Shown in pieces: positions 29,492 through 30,774 of a stretch of 30,774 nt of DNA; the stretch's first letter is position 1; every line of letters begins with the position of its first letter. Source of the DNA: Thermoproteota archaeon (lineage in GTDB: Archaea > Thermoproteota > Thermoprotei > Gearchaeales > Gearchaeaceae); NCBI GenBank assembly GCA_032249235.1, contig JAVVGF010000007.1:1-30774 (forward strand), given 5' to 3'. The notes under the pieces were generated by a model. The model was given only the letters and a program-made list of their open reading frames with translations. It made no database searches and was not told where the DNA came from. The position numbers were made by a program, and so were the translations under genes.

Positions 29492-29947
29492 TTAAGCACC
29501 ACCTCCAGCTAAACTACTACCAGCCGTTTTGCTTTTCTTCCCAGATTCTACCACACTTGCTACGAGGCCCATTGCTGAAGCACCTACTATTCTAGCAATT
29601 CTTATATCATTCATAGAATCTGTGAGGAATTCATCGATATCAGAAGAGGAAGGCAATGTGCCGTAAAATTCATAATAGTCTTCATCTAAATCAACGACTA
29701 TATGTGGTTTGGCTTCTTTTCTTCCTTCTTTTACTTCTTCTTTGGGAATTTCCTTTAGTTTTCCTTGCTTTAATAAAGCTTCAGCTATTCTAGAAACTTC
29801 ATATATCGTTTTTTGCACAGCATCTATGCTTACTGCATTATTAAGTCTATCAAGTAAAGTATAATGACCCATTGCTATAGCAACTCCGGCGAGAAGGTTT
29901 CTAACTCTTACATGCTTCCTTATTATATCCTCTTTTTTCTCGGACAT
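29492..29947 (-). CDS. csa5: Type I-A small subunit Csa5 (Cas11)
   Basis: NLLA, LLDRLNNA, LPSSSDIDEFL, ARIVGASAM; first gene of the operon. Confidence 0.88.
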   Translation of the reverse strand: MSEKKEDIIRKHVRVRNLLAGVAIAMGHYTLLDRLNNAVSIDAVQKTIYEVSRIAEALLKQGKLKEIPKEEVKEGRKEAKPHIVVDLDEDYYEFYGTLPSSSDIDEFLTDSMNDIRIARIVGASAMGLVASVVESGKKSKTAGSSLAGGGA

Positions 29948-30502
29948 AACTAATTAATATTTTAAAAATGTATAAATTAATGTTTCTCAGAATTGAAAAA
30001 TAATTGAGGAATATTCTTTAATTTCAATCTAAGATTTGTTTCTAATTTTTGAAATAACAACGGATCTTCGATATTTATTCAGTAATTTTTTGCGGTTACT
30101 TGCTTATGAAAGGGCATAAACGTAGTGTGCTATTTTGACTCTAGTTTCTTCATTTGAAAAATTAATGAGCAGGTTGTCTTATTAATACCATCTTGTTATC
30201 TCTTCATTATTAACTTTCTATCGAAGCTTTATGTTGCAAATACTATTGCATTAACTTAGTTTAGGGGTATAAATTTCGATAAAATTTGAAGAAAAATTCT
30301 TAAGTGTGTATTATAACAAGTATTTGCCGTTTCCGTATCCAAGCGTGCTTCTTGATACATTAATTATAAAAGTGGTTAGTATTAGTATTGTTACTTTTTC
30401 AATGGATGAGAAGGTAATTTGGGCGATAATAAATAGACGGTAAATCTTTAAATCATTTTCTGAGTTTAAGTTAGCTGATCGTATCTACTCAATTAGTCGT
30501 AT

Positions 30503-30774
30503 TTAATTGATTTTGAGCATTTCTTCATATAACTCTTTTAAAATTTCTATATAATTTGCTTCATCTTTCTCTATTAAATCAATATTATTTTCTAACTTCC
30601 TAGTTGTATCTACGCTTATATAGTCATAATAGTTTTCTTTTAAAAAATTGAACACTTCTTTTCCAAGCTTTGTTGCGGCAAGTTTACCTTTATAATTTTT
30701 GACTTCAAAAACATATCCCGCTTTAATAGCACCACTACAACCCATGATCTGCTAAAGGATCTTGAAAAGAATTA
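30503..30774 (-). CDS. rgy: 3' end of reverse gyrase (topoisomerase IA module C-terminus), interrupted or fragmentary at the window edge
   Basis: GYVFEV...TKLGKEVFNFL...YISVDTTRKLENNIDLIE...YIEILKELYEE matches reverse-gyrase C-termini; there is an in-frame TAG at 30754-30752. Confidence 0.7.

Noticed and set aside
1-30774. tRNA, rRNA, integrase or full transposase genes
   Set aside because: No GC-rich structured RNA segments or recombinase/transposase motifs were seen.

Overview
AT-rich archaeal DNA, most consistent with a (hyper)thermophilic Thermoproteota/crenarchaeal lineage. This is inferred from the NOG1 GTPase, archaeal AAA+ ATPases, type I-A Cascade, a reverse-gyrase C-terminus and TATA-like boxes ~25-35 bp before apparently leaderless starts. 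Left (1-8.8 kb): a partial coiled-coil/nuclease-fold gene, an AAA_14-type ATPase, NOG1, and a divergent flavoprotein cluster (alkyl-DHAP-synthase-like plus fatty-alcohol-oxidase-like GMC enzyme, a membrane protein and an uncharacterised beta-rich protein). Middle (9-23.7 kb): a decaying accessory/defence-like island with retropepsin-like proteases, AAA+ ATPases whose starts abut gene-specific palindromes, one intact vapBC and several broken TA modules, a frameshifted NucS-domain nuclease and class II amidotransferase, IS200/IS605-end-like miniature elements and a Nal1-like domain pair. Right (23.9-30 kb): an intact csa5-cas7-cas5-cas3-cas8a type I-A interference operon with no cas6, cas1/2/4 or clear CRISPR array in the window. 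Its Cas5 carries a ~95-aa winged-helix-like insertion and its Cas3 is a helicase-HD fusion with the HD at the C-terminus. The window ends in a reverse-gyrase 3' end apparently interrupted by a 30-nt stop-containing hairpin. All calls come from motif recognition by eye; no searches were run.
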